A DNA stretch of 63,549 nt, filler included, from Vannella sp. (Eukaryota), in assembly GCA_023345925.1 (NCBI GenBank). It is 7 parts of 7 records of this genome, joined end to end, with 100 filler letters (N's around TTAATTAATTAA, not from the genome) between each part and the next. Parts side by side here need not be neighbours in the genome. Positions count along the whole stretch, not along the records: positions 28,008 to 40,144 come from JAJQQN010000349.1; positions 40,245 to 52,578 come from JAJQQN010000401.1; 5 more parts are not named here. The stretch is one strand, 5' to 3'. The translations under genes and the position numbers were made by a program. This document shows positions 35,519 through 47,394 of the stretch, in pieces. How positions within the stretch are numbered: the first letter of the stretch is position 1; every line of letters begins with the position of its first letter. The notes under the pieces are model-generated. The model saw only the letters and a list, made by a program, of their open reading frames with translations, did not search any database and was not told the DNA's origin.

Positions 35519-37326
35519 TCAATTGATTTTACTCACTTTGGAGCAAAAGATGTGTACTCCAGACTTAATTTGAGTGATCCCACCATGTGATTTGATGAAG
35601 AGATTGCATTCCTTGTCAGAATGGAAGTTGAGCTGGGAAGTGACCAAACAAACAGGAACTTCAGGCAAGTAGGCTTTCGCTATCGTTCGAAGAACCAAGA
35701 GGCGAAGAGCAGGTACTAAACTATCGACAACCAACCGCCCACTGTTGGGGCAGGTTGCATGGAGACGGAAAAAAGCATGATAGTTTCGACGTATCACTGC
35801 CTGGGCTAATTGAATGGCGTGATTCACCTCAGCCTGATTGAGCTGCTTTGAATTCAATTCTTGGATGGCGTAAAGGAGAGGAGCATAGTCCTGCTTAAAC
35901 CCTGATTGAACTAAATAGAGGATCCTGTAAGCTATGAACTCATTTGCGTGTCCAACTCCTGGTAGGAGCTCATAAAGGCTCCTTAATTGCGTTTGGCACT
36001 GATTAAACTCATTAAAGTCTCCACTTTCTAGGGCAACACGAGCGTGGGATTCATAAACATCGATAGTCAAAGCATCCCGCAGATGTTGAATTCGTAAGTC
36101 TTGTCTGATTGACTTGAACTGATCACACATATAAGCATAATCAACATCACGTGCTTTCCACTTGCTCATAATCAGCTTCAATGACTGTTGAAGAATCTTG
36201 CCTGGCCGAATCAAGTCCGGGTCGGGTTCCTATTCGGATGAGTATTTTCTTTCTCCCCGAGCATAACACGAACCTCGACCTGCCTAAAGTAGGACTTTTC
36301 AAGCTCGCAACACCTCCCTCGAAGAACTCCTTCAGGATGTCCCCGATCTCCTTCCGTATCAATGAAGAAGGAGGCGTTCCTATTCGAGCTGCCTTCACTT
36401 CCTGGGGAATCCTCGTTGAACCGGCTCTGTCTCTTCTGCTTCTGTAACTTACTGTTGACTTGGGCTGCACTTCCAAATGTGGATTCCATTTTCCGCTTTT
36501 GGCCAACTTCTTCAGAAGAGCTCACCAACGATAAGAAAGACTCCTCCTTGATCTTCTTTTTGATTAGTCCAGCTTGCTGGTCTGAGGAAGCTGTCTGTTT
36601 CCGGATAACCTCCATTTTGGGAAGACATTGGGATCCCCAGTTGCGGGAATGGATGGTACGCTTCTCGATTGCTTTGAGTAGGACTGATTGGACCCAATTG
36701 TAGATGAAGGTCTTCTCTTCTGGTGTCCTGCCAAGCTTAAAGGCTCTTTTCATGTAGTCTTTCATCTCGGAGGGATACTCAGAAGGCGGAGGACCTCCTG
36801 CGAAGGTAACGTTAAGCAAGTATCCTAAAGTTCCCTTCGTGGGAGGCTTCCATTCCTTGCTGGAGCTCATTGGTTGTGTTGGGAGCGGGGTTGGTTCCTC
36901 CTTATGAAGGGGAGGAACCCTCTGCAACTCTGCAGGCGGGTCCCAATGGGTAGGATAGGGGTACTGTAAGGGATGTGCCATCTGGAATGGCGGTGGCTGT
37001 AAGTAGAACGGAACAGGGGTTGATAGAAACCCGTTCAGGGCTGCAGGAGGACCTGAAGGAGGAGGTCTGGCTGGCTTTTGGCTTGTAAGACCGACAGGAA
37101 GACCCTTTGGGGGACCAGTAGGAGGAACTACTTTCTTCTTTCCGAAGTTGATGACGATTCTCTTACGATCAGCTCCAACTGCCTTTGGAACCTGTCCCCA
37201 AGGACCTCCCATCGCCACTCCCACCGTACTAGGTGGCTCCCTTGATGGTGGCGGGCCTCCCCATGCCTGAGGAATGGCCTGTCCACCAGAGGACAACGGA
37301 GGAAAGTTCTTGTCGTACGCTGACAT
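35519..37326 (-). CDS. SAC3/GANP/THP3 (LENG8-like) PCI protein, 1 intron
   Basis: ELEKSYFR..PDPDLIRP, CDQFKSIRQDLRIQ, VYESHARVALESGDFNEFNQCQTQL, EFIAYRILY. Confidence 0.85.
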
Positions 37327-37605
37327 GACCCCGCGTAGACCAGAGCCCTTGTTCAGAGGAGCAGAATGATGAATCAGATAAAATCATAAACTTATCAAGA
37401 TCCTCCGCTTTTTGCAATCCATCACCCTGGGAGGAAGCAAGCAGGTTTTGACCAATCGGAAAGGCGAAATGTCCGTTTTCTGAATTCTGGTTGGCTGAGA
37501 GAATTGCGGAAAGAGGTTCCAAGATTCAGCACTTTAGCTTCATTTTGTTACATTTTACTGAATGAATTTGAAGAGTAGAAGCGGTTCTTTCTTTTTGAGC
37601 TTCTC

Positions 37606-39165
37606 ATGGAAGACGAGTTCGATCTGGACTTTGAGGACAACGTCATGGAGTACAACAGCGGCTCTGTCCGTCGTAGGAAGATTCTGCTTGTGATAATGTT
37701 GCTTGCGCTTATAGCAGGGATTGCTGTGGGCTCTGCAGTGGGAGGAGGCTACGCCGGTTACTACTTGGCCACCACTTCCTCCACTTCCTCCACTTCTGGC
37801 TCCGACTCCCCTTCGGCAAGTGCCAGTCCTTCTCCGGTAGCTTCTCCTGTTGGTAGTGCTCTTTGGCAGCAGCTGTCCCTTCCCGGGATAGTCTCGCACT
37901 TGGAGGCGCTCCAAGCTATCGCCACAGAGAACGGTGGAACTCGCTCTATCACTTCCCCCGGGTTCAATGCCAGTCTCGAATACGTCCAGAAGCAACTCAG
38001 TGATAACACAGACTACAAACTGACCGTCCAGCCCTTCACTGTGAACCTCACGGTCACCCTTTCTCCCCCGCTCCTCTCCATGGTGGCACCTGACCCCGTT
38101 AACTTCACGTCCCCTACTGACTTTGCCGTCCTCCAGTTCTCTGGCTCTGGTGATGTGACACAGAAAGCCGTGCCAGCAGCGAACCTGGGGTGCGACCCCT
38201 CCGACTTTAACTCGTCGGCGACCTCTGGCAAGATCGCTCTCATTGCTCGCGGGAACTGCTCCTTTGCCATCAAGGCTGACAATGCCATTGCAGCAGGTGC
38301 AGTTGGTGTACTTGTCTACAACTCCCAAGACCAGAAGGGTTCCGTCCAGGGCACTTTAGGTGGGGTGACGTCCCTTCCCGTCTTCGGCATTACCTACGAG
38401 CTGGGGCAGCAGTTCCTCATGTCTCCTGATGATGTGTTCCACATGTCGTACGAGTGTGAGCTGAGAACCATCTACACCGCCAATCTAATCGCCGAGACCC
38501 TCACGGGAGATCCTGACACCGTCGTTACCATCGGCTCTCACTTGGACTCTGTGGATGCTGGGCCAGGCTTGAACGACAATGGTAGTGGAAGCTCTGCGAA
38601 CCTCCAGATGGCTCTCCAGTTCGGTCAGGTCAAGGATGCAGTTAACAAGGTCCGCTTCCTCTGGTATGGGGCGGAAGAGGAAGGCCTGTTGGGTAGCACC
38701 TTCTACGTCAAGAGTCTTACCAGTGAAGAGAAGGCTAAGGTAGCACTGAACCTGAACTTCGACATGCTGGGCTCGCCCAACTTCATCCGAGGAATCCTCA
38801 ATGGGTCAGACTCGGACATCCCTGGTAGCGCCACCATCATGAGCACCTTCGTTGAGTTCTTTGACGCCAACAAACTGGCCTACAAGGTCATCCCCTTCAA
38901 TGGACGCTCTGACTATGGACCCTACTTGGCCGCTGGCATCCCTGCTGGAGGTGTCGAGACTGGCGCCGAAGTGATCAAGACACCCGAGGAACGCCTGCGC
39001 TTCGGAGGGTTCGCCAACACTCCATACGATCCTTGTTATCATCAATCCTGTGATACCATCGAGAACGTCGACACCGCCGTCCTCCTTGAGACTGCCCAAG
39101 CTGCCGCCTTCGCCTTGGAGAGGTTCGCCGCCCTTCCCAATTTGAGAGCTTCTTTTCAACAATAG
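37606..39165 (+). CDS. M28 aminopeptidase with PA domain, type II membrane anchor, intronless
   Basis: IALIARGNC, SHLDSV, NDNGSG, AEEEGLLGS, LNFDM, RSDY, PCYHQSCD. Confidence 0.92.
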   Translation: MEDEFDLDFEDNVMEYNSGSVRRRKILLVIMLLALIAGIAVGSAVGGGYAGYYLATTSSTSSTSGSDSPSASASPSPVASPVGSALWQQLSLPGIVSHLEALQAIATENGGTRSITSPGFNASLEYVQKQLSDNTDYKLTVQPFTVNLTVTLSPPLLSMVAPDPVNFTSPTDFAVLQFSGSGDVTQKAVPAANLGCDPSDFNSSATSGKIALIARGNCSFAIKADNAIAAGAVGVLVYNSQDQKGSVQGTLGGVTSLPVFGITYELGQQFLMSPDDVFHMSYECELRTIYTANLIAETLTGDPDTVVTIGSHLDSVDAGPGLNDNGSGSSANLQMALQFGQVKDAVNKVRFLWYGAEEEGLLGSTFYVKSLTSEEKAKVALNLNFDMLGSPNFIRGILNGSDSDIPGSATIMSTFVEFFDANKLAYKVIPFNGRSDYGPYLAAGIPAGGVETGAEVIKTPEERLRFGGFANTPYDPCYHQSCDTIENVDTAVLLETAQAAAFALERFAALPNLRASFQQ

Positions 39166-39177
39166 ATCGTTTTGAAG

Positions 39178-39231
39178 TCTCTCATATCCACATGAATACA
39201 GCCATCTCTCATATCCACATGAATACAGCCA
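39178..39231. repeat. Exact 27-bp tandem duplication in the 3' flank
   Basis: TCTCTCATATCCACATGAATACAGCCA x2. Confidence 0.9.
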
Positions 39232-40144
39232 GAAATTCATCCCACAAAATCTCGCACAGAATTCATCCTGATGTGTGGCAGAAGCAAGAGGCTTAGCTGC
39301 ACACTTGATTTTGATAACCTGCTAATATAGTATCCAATAGAGATGAGAAGGATCATCTGAGATGAGTCTCCAAAGATGAGGATTTGATGATCGCAGACCT
39401 GTTTGCGGACTTTTCTGATCTGGACGAACTCCTGACGGAACGGCCTGCGGGAGAATCCATCAGATTAACGCTTTGCGGAACAAAAGTACTCAGTGCCCTT
39501 TCGAACTCCTAGGGGAAGATTGATTGCAATGGCATCGCGGACGGATTCACTAACTCAGTCAGATTAGGATGTTCAATGAACACCAATCCGTCCTCTTCTT
39601 TCAGGTCCTGTGGAAGGCTGAGTGATCAGAAACAGAGTTCCGACCCTCCTTAAGGAACCAATTGAAGAGACTCGCCGATTCATCAGCCTGACAACACAAA
39701 GAGGTTTCTTTTTTCCTTCGCCCGTGTTTCCTGCTTCCTCCGCGCAGTCCCAGAGCACGATTATCTTAGACTAGAGTACGCTCCAACAGCAGTGTTCTGG
39801 TTTCAGGTGCGCTGAGACCGTCCTGGAACGAAGGCGGCTGTCCAAAGAGGAGATCAAGATCATTTGGTGAGGCTCTGCGATTCTAATCTTGAAGCAAACT
39901 ATGAAGCTGTCAATGGTGACTCTCTCTTCTTTGGAATGCAGTGAACTGATCTCCCTTGTCCGAGAGAGAAGATCGATCTTTCTCAACATCAAGGAGTGAG
40001 CCAACATGACGGATCCGGATGCTATCATAAAGCTCAATCTATTCCTTGGAGGTTTGCACAAAGCCAGATTAGCGGTGGCGGCGCGTAGAGACTCCATGTC
40101 CCTTCACCGTATCCTTTGTACGTTGAGAAGGACGAAAGAAGGTT

Positions 40145-40244
40145 NNNNNNNNNNNNNNNNNNNNNNNNNNNNNNNNNNNNNNNNNNNNTTAATTAATTAA
40201 NNNNNNNNNNNNNNNNNNNNNNNNNNNNNNNNNNNNNNNNNNNN
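40145..40244. other. Artificial contig linker
   Basis: N44-TTAATTAATTAA-N44. Confidence 0.98.
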
Positions 40245-40667
40245 TTGTTTGTCGGAGAATACATCTTGGAGGGAACATGGAGTCAACAGCTGTCATGGGG
40301 ATGGCTTCTTGGTCTTCTAAACTTGGGTGCGTGAATGATCGCACTTTGCTGCATACTTAGATAGATGAGAATCAGGATAACGGGCTTAATCACCTACAGA
40401 TTTTTTATTTTATTTTTGTGGAAAAACGGGTTTGCCACGATAGATTTGAGAGACAGAAAGGAGAGAACGGAGCAATAGGAGCAGATCCTTTGCTACAAAG
40501 CGCCCAACTTCTTGGTTGCCGGGTGCTCCAATGTCTGCAGGTCCTCTCTGACGATCTTATGGAGAATTCCTGTTGGCTCGAGAATAGAAACCGCGAATCT
40601 GATAAGTTAAAGGAACTTTCATTGGATAAAAAGAGCTCAATGAGCTATCAAAGAGTCTTCACCCAAA

Positions 40668-41978
40668 CTAAGAAGAAGATTCTGCTTCGCCAGTGGGTTG
40701 ATTCAAATCAATCTGGGTGACTGGAACTTCCTCGACCTCTTGGCTTTCTTCTTCCACTTCTTCTTGAGGTTCTTCTTCTTGAGTTACAGCTTCGTCTTCT
40801 CCTTTCTGGACCTCTTTGGAAGATTGGGATTGAAGGGCAAATTCCTCGTCCGTTGGCGCGTTGGCGATCATCTCTTCGCTGATCTCCCACAGCTTTGTTG
40901 CATAAGTGGGATTGCTAGCGTGCGGCTTGGGGGTGTCTTCGTTGCAATCGGCAAAGTAACGGCCGCCGATCCCTTCCAGCTCTGGAGCAGTGGCCACATA
41001 CAACGTGGTGGCAGACCCTTCAGGGATAGACTTGCTAAATGGAGCGCCCAAAGCAATGAACAAGCCATCCACTGTCCCCAAGTCCCGCATCAGCTCAGTT
41101 TGGATCACACCCGGATGAACTGCATTCGCAGTAATCTTGTGACCTGCCATGTGCATCCGGCGGTTTAGCTCGACGGCGAACAGCAGGTTGGCAGTCTTGC
41201 TTTGCCCATACGCAGTCCACCGAGCGGAGATTCCGTCGTTGTACCAAGTACCCTTGCCTGAAAGGTCCTTGAAGCGAATTCCCGCTGGATTGAACTCTCG
41301 TTAGAGGCATGATCTTGGATCTGAGCCTGCTTACACATCTTATGTGCCACTGATGATAAGCAAACAACACGAGAGGGCTGTCCTTCAATCAGTTTTGGCA
41401 AAAGGAGGTTGGTCAGGTGGAAGTGCCCCAGGTGGTTGGTCTTTCCTCGCTATTAGACGGGGTTTGAAGTTCTACGAAAGAAGCTTACCCCAAACTGCAT
41501 CTCAAACCCGTTCGCAGTCTCCTTGTATGGGAGAGCCATGATTCCTGGGACAAGTTAGAGGCCCGAGCACACTGATCAGGGAGAAGACGGACCAGCATTG
41601 CAAATGAGAATGTGTAGAGGAATCTGGATCTCTTGGAAGGCTTTCACGAAGGCCTCCACGGACTGGAGGTTTGCAAGATCAAGCTTCAGAAGAGTCAGCT
41701 GCGCTCCTTCCACAACGGCTTCGATGTCTTCCTTCGCCTTGGCACCCTTTGCCAAGTCCCTACAAGCTTTTGCATGATCAGCCAAGCCAGGTTATGAGCA
41801 TATCAAACCAACCAATGATGACATGCGCTCCCATCCGGGCCATCACGCGCGCAGTCTCCTTCCCCAAGCCAGTGTTCGCGCCAGTGATAATCACGTTTTT
41901 CCCAACCAAAGAGATGTCCCGCGCGACCTCCTGAGCCGTAGACTTTCTGCCAAAGCCATTGCCATGTTGGTTTCCCAT
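40668..41978 (-). CDS. Retinol-dehydrogenase/TIC32/WWOX-type SDR with acidic tail, spliced
   Basis: STAQEV..IITGANTGLG, LICNAG, YGQSK, NAVHPGVIQT, GRYFADC. Confidence 0.85.
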
Positions 41979-42091
41979 GGCGAAGGTGAAATGAGAGAAA
42001 AGTCAACTCCTTTCTCCCGACCAATCACAAGAGAGCTGACAAAAATAATCCCAATCACGTTCTATGGAAGCGGGTTTGTTGCAGAATGAAT

Positions 42092-44750
42092 TTAAATGTT
42101 AAGGGAAAATACTCGGACGGATTGATCTTCGCTGCAGGAGACAAAGCGCAATGGCGTTCCCTCTTTTGGTTTCTGCCAGTCGATTCTTTTCACTGTACTG
42201 GCGTGGCAGTCCCTGAAAACATGGTGAATACAACTATTTGTGTGTCTGTAACGCATGTAACTTACTTGGGAGGCACGTGGAGGAGACATGAAAACTCTGG
42301 CGAACCTTTCCGGAAGGTCCAGACCTGCATCAGCCCATTTTCTAATCCCACAGCCAAAAGGTATACTTTCTCTTTGTCTTCGTTGTTCAATGAGACTTGA
42401 AGAGGAGCGAACGCTACCGCTGTGATACCAACCTTGGCAGGACTGAAACTACCGAAAAGAATGGGTTGATGGGACTCTGCCACATTCCACACTTTGCATA
42501 ACTTGTCCCGAGAAGCGGTGACAAAGTACTCATCATCAGGTGTCCAATCACATCCCCAAATAATGCGCTCGTGCGCTTTGGCTTGCTTTGCCACCAATGT
42601 GAAAGGTTGGTCGAGAGCAGGGCGGTGGAACAAAGAGAACTGGCGGTCTCGTCCTGAACTGAGCAAGTACAGATCAGAGTGCGAGAATCGTAGTTGCGTG
42701 ATAGTGAGCTTATGGGCTCGGAGATTTGCCACTTCCTTCCATGTTTTCGTCTCCCAGAGCCGGATAGTGGCTTGGTCTGCATCAGACTTGGCCCGAACGG
42801 CAGTGGCGAGAAGATCTCCAGACCATGAGGATGTCACACAAAACGCGTAGTTGCCATGCCCATAGAGCTTCTGTATCTCTGGCCAGAGAGTGCTTTGCAA
42901 AAGCTCTTCCTCAAAAGGTGGGCGAGTCAAAAAGACAGGATCTGCGGGTTTGGGCGCTTCAAAAGATTCAGACTTCTCTTCCTTCACCTCAGCCTCCTCC
43001 ACAGCAAACACTGGCTTGTTTGACAGCCCGAGACTTGCCACATTGGCACCCAAAGGGCGAGGCTCACTGCTCGAATCTTCTTGAATCATGCCTGAAATGG
43101 CTCCAAGATTATGCAAAAAGCTCTGAGGAGCGTCAAAAACTCGATAAATCTATGAAAGAGAAAGTTGTCAGACACGAAGTCAAGTCAGAACCCGATTCCC
43201 TCTATCTTACCTTCTCCTCTGCACCAGTAACAAAGCGGTGTGAGGTTCCATGGATGAAGCCGCCACACTCGAGGTCATAGCCATGGATTTGAGGGCGTGC
43301 CACTTCGCAATAGACCTCATCCCCCTCGGGACGCTTCCAGAGAGCGAAGATTCGGACAGTTTGATCTTGGCTCACAGTCATGAAGTAGTTTCCGGAGGGA
43401 TCCCACGAACAATCGTTAACGGGAGCAAAGTGTCCAGATACACTCGGAATGGGGGTCCACTTTTCTCCTTCCTGAGAGACTGAGGAGCGCTCCCAGGAAT
43501 GGAAAGCACCGTTGTATCCGTGTGCTAAGATTCTGTCTCCGTTGGGAGAGAAGAGACCTCCGTAGAAGCCCAGAGTGATCCCGCCCAATTCACCCACGCG
43601 CATTTCGTTGATCCAGATGCCGTCTTGATCTTCCTGAGGCTTCCAGATCATCATAGTCTTATCCATTGAAGCTGATAGAAGGCACAGAGGCTGGTGGCTC
43701 TTCCCCTCAGCAGTAATAGTGGGAGGATGCCAATCGACAGAATACACCCAGTCTTCGTGGCCGTAGAGAACAGACTCTAGGATAGCACTATACCTCTTCT
43801 CTTCATACTCAAAGGAATGGCCTTGCTGGCTCATGGAAGTGGAGTGAACGGTATCGAGCATCGCCAAAGAGGCAAAGATATCGTTTGTCCGCTCCACAGC
43901 AGCGGGCTCTTCGCCTCCAACCTCAAGTTTCCATAGTCGAATGAAGTTATCTTGGGCACTGGAGGCTAGCAGCACGGTCCCGTCATCACAAGTGACGAAG
44001 GAAAGACATCTAATCCAATCCTCATGTCCTTTCAAGGTCACTACCTTGTGGAAACGAAGCTTTGTTGTTCCGTCGCAGGACTCTGGGAGGTACAGATGGA
44101 TCTCTGATCCCCTACAGCTGCCCGCCCCGCCCACACCGCCTAAAGCCAGGAGGGGCGTTTGGCTGTTGGGCAAGAGATGCAATGCACAGCATTCCACGGC
44201 TTCTTTAGCCAGCTCCCCGTGCTGATGTAGCTCCCATTCGCCTGTGGGACAGGATCGCAGCCACACAGAGATAGTTTTGTCCGCACTCGTAGCAACAATC
44301 AGGCACTTTCCCTCCCACGTGAGCGTGGATAAGCTTGTGATAGACGATGAGTGGATCTGAAGCTTTTGCGCTGGAGTAAACTGAAGGAGGAAGTCAGTAC
44401 AGGAAGAAAGAGGGATCAGACACGTACCACGCCATCAAGGCCCTTCTTCCAAACGATCAGGAGGCTGTCGGTCGATCCAGAGACGATCTCATCCTCTCCA
44501 ATCCACTTGACACAGTTCACTCGATCCTTATGCGCCCGCAAAGTCTGCACCTGGAAGGTCTACCACACCAAAGCCCTCATCAGAACGATCCCACGCCCAC
44601 CTCCCCTCCCACCCCCAGACCACTCACCTCTGGGTTATAAAGCCCCACAAAGCTACTCGCTCCATACACCACACCCCCAGCAGACCAACTGGCACAGTTC
44701 CCCAAGCGGTTGCAGCCAACACTGGCAAACGACAAAGAACAACTCGCCAT
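42092..44750 (-). CDS. ELP2: Elongator subunit 2 (WD40), spliced
   Basis: GCNR, GHEDWIRCL, SASMDK, EVARPQIHGYD, LGLSNK, TLWPEIQKLYGHG, HERIIW. Confidence 0.92.
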
Positions 44751-44859
44751 CAAATAATGGCCCAGCCCTTCCAGAACTCTCCCAAATCACCGTTCATGAA
44801 AACAACATTTTGAGGGGAAACGAGCCAAACCATCATTTACTGGCTGCGGGCTGAGGGTG

Positions 44860-45666
44860 ATGGACCACCATGCTCTGGGACCTCCTGAGGAGGAGGATGA
44901 GTCAAGAACGTTAACTACTATGATCACAGAGGAGTCTCATGAGCTGATGGCGCATGAGAGACCTGAGGGAGAGGTTCCTCTGGCGAAACGGGCGAGAAAG
45001 GGAACCCTGGCGAAGGAGGGAAAGAAGAGGAACTACGATGTCCTTCAGGCCTTCTTAGGGCTGTACTTTACACTCGATGAAGACTCTGCCACGCTCAAAG
45101 GATCCATCTACAACCTGTATGAGAGGCGCATCCACACGGACTTCCGATTAGCGCGCAATGCCCTCTATCGCAAGATGTGGGAGACCTTTGGAGCTGATCG
45201 CATCAGCGCAACACAAAGTAACTACCGGGAGTACGTGAGAGGACTCAAAATGCGGCAGCCTGAAGAAGTGAAGATTCAGGATCCCGACACTTATCAGCGA
45301 TGCTCTGACATCCTCCTGCAGATTGCTGGTTTGCAAGCAGACCAGCTTGCGTTTGAACAAAGTGAGCTCGAGGATCCAACGGATGAGGTGGAGACGCCCC
45401 CGCGAAGGAGTACCAGGGCCCGAACAAACCAAACTGGGTCTCTGAATGCTCTTCCTCCCCCTCCTCCCTCTCATTCCTTCTTCCCCGCACATCTGAGTCT
45501 TCCACTTGCACTCCAAGATTCCCTGGCTTCTTTGGAGAGACAAGCAGAGTCTCTCACTCACTCAGTGGCACAATTCAAGCTTCAGCTTCTTCTCCACTTT
45601 TCACGCCAATCACCCGACCTTCCGCCTTCAGGCCACAACGTGGGGCTCAACTCGGACTTAAGTTAA
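44860..45666 (+). CDS. Putative RFX-like winged-helix DNA-binding protein, paralog 1
   Basis: NLS-like KRARK; VLQAFLGLYFTL...IYNLY...RNAL...FG...VRGLKMR; C-terminal coiled coil. Confidence 0.5.
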   Translation: MDHHALGPPEEEDESRTLTTMITEESHELMAHERPEGEVPLAKRARKGTLAKEGKKRNYDVLQAFLGLYFTLDEDSATLKGSIYNLYERRIHTDFRLARNALYRKMWETFGADRISATQSNYREYVRGLKMRQPEEVKIQDPDTYQRCSDILLQIAGLQADQLAFEQSELEDPTDEVETPPRRSTRARTNQTGSLNALPPPPPSHSFFPAHLSLPLALQDSLASLERQAESLTHSVAQFKLQLLLHFSRQSPDLPPSGHNVGLNSDLS

Positions 45667-45710
45667 CACGAACCATGAGCTTAGCTTGACAGAAGGCAGA
45701 CCTCCAATGT

Positions 45711-46586
45711 ATGGCTGAGGAAATGAACAATTTCTCACTTCCCTTTCTGCTGGGCTCCGATTGGCTGGCTGTCCAGGACAGTTCCTCGGATTTAAGGGAT
45801 GTGATCCGAATGGGAGGTCATTTTTTGGTGGGAATGGATGAAATGCAACCTGTAGACCTCAATCATTCCATCTGGGAGGAACTCTTTCCGGAGGAGGATA
45901 TCCTCCCACAACCTCTGGTGGAAGCGAAGGCTCCTTCCAAACGGCGCCGAGAAAGAAGCGGAGATTCCCCCTCCCGTAAGCGCCCTAGAAGTGAAGGGAA
46001 AGAGGTGAAGCAGAGAAAGATCGAAGTCGTCCAGGCCTTTTGGGGCTTGTATTTCACTCTGAACGGCGACGCATCCGTATTGAAGGAGTCCATCGTGAAT
46101 CTCTATCTACACATTGTTCCTTTGGAGCATCGAATAGAACGCAACGCTCTCTTCCTCCAGATGGGAAGGATTTTCGGGAAAGACAACGTTTCTACCAAGC
46201 AGCAACGCTACCATCGCCTCATCAGAGGACTGCAAATCCGCAAACCAGAAGATCTAGAAACTGAGAATCCAGTCGAATACCTAAGACACGCGGAGGTTCT
46301 GGAACGAATCGCAGGAATTGATCCCAAACAGCTACACTACTCGGATGAGGTTCTGACAGTTCAGACCCTGTCCTCGCCCACAACACTTCATTCTGAAGGG
46401 AGTCTCACCCCCGATTCTTCCCCATTTGCCCCTGAAAGAAGCTGCCCCGGTATAATGAATCCGATGCAAGTACAAAACGCCATTCGAGACTTACAAGAGC
46501 AAGTGGCACACTTAACAGAGGCCGTCTCCACTCTCACCAAGTTGCAACTGAAACACAAAGAGCCTACGCCCGACTTGCAGATATAA
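45711..46586 (+). CDS. Putative RFX-like winged-helix DNA-binding protein, paralog 2
   Basis: VVQAFWGLYFTL...IVNLY...RNAL...FG...IRGLQIR; clearly homologous to the upstream gene. Confidence 0.5.
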   Translation: MAEEMNNFSLPFLLGSDWLAVQDSSSDLRDVIRMGGHFLVGMDEMQPVDLNHSIWEELFPEEDILPQPLVEAKAPSKRRRERSGDSPSRKRPRSEGKEVKQRKIEVVQAFWGLYFTLNGDASVLKESIVNLYLHIVPLEHRIERNALFLQMGRIFGKDNVSTKQQRYHRLIRGLQIRKPEDLETENPVEYLRHAEVLERIAGIDPKQLHYSDEVLTVQTLSSPTTLHSEGSLTPDSSPFAPERSCPGIMNPMQVQNAIRDLQEQVAHLTEAVSTLTKLQLKHKEPTPDLQI

Positions 46587-46623
46587 ACGAATTATTGAAA
46601 ATTTTAATTCTGTGGACATTTTT

Positions 46624-47347
46624 ATGCCCAGCTACGTGAAAGCGGAGTATCTCGAGACGGCGTCGGGGAACAAGATCTCCCGGAAATGCTCGTTGTCAGG
46701 CCCCAGTAGAATCAAGGTGGCTGGAAAGGCGATCATCATGCCAGGGGTGACTGTACGCGGGGATCTGGCGCCCATTCAAGTGGGGCAGTACACCATCTTC
46801 AAGCAAGACGTTGTCCTTCATCCCCCTGTCAAGCACCTTGCGGGGTGTGTGCCCCATTTGATGTGACACTCGATTGGTCGGTCTTACCTCTCCTTCAGTG
46901 GGACTGCCTACATGCCAATGGTGATAGGAGACTGGGTGGTTTTCGAGGAGGGGGCGCGTGTCTCTGCCTCAAGCATTGGCTCTTACGTTCACATTGGCAA
47001 AGGGGCTGTCATTGTAGGTCAAGAAGAGTGCTTTGGTATCCTACTAATCAGTTCCTCAGGGCGAAAGGACAGTCATACGATCCTGTTGTGTCATCGAAGA
47101 AGGAGCTGTCGTCCCTCCTGACTCTGTGATAACTCCGTTCTCCATTTGGAGTGGTTCTCCTGCTAAGCCTGTGAGCCTCTCAACCATGTCACTGAAAGAA
47201 CAGAGAGCCAAGCGACCTCTTCCCTCGGAAACCACGACAGACATCGATCCCTCCATCTTCCACGGGCAGCTTGATCTCCCTGAGTGCTGGCAAGAGGTCC
47301 AGCAGGAGCTCTGTACTACTTTTTATCGCAGCTTTGTTCCAGTATAA
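46624..47347 (+). CDS. DCTN5: Dynactin subunit 5 (p25), spliced
   Basis: EYLETASGNKISR, VRGDLA, PMVIGDWV, IGSYVHIGK, PFSIWSGSPA. Confidence 0.88.
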
Positions 47348-47394
47348 GTCAAACAAGCACATATTCAGAATGGAGTGTCGGTTCAGACAGTTTT

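Noticed and set aside
37555..38328. Long antisense ORFs (here and opposite Ku80, CYP51 and others)
   Set aside because: Shadow frames of well-supported genes, with no recognisable motifs
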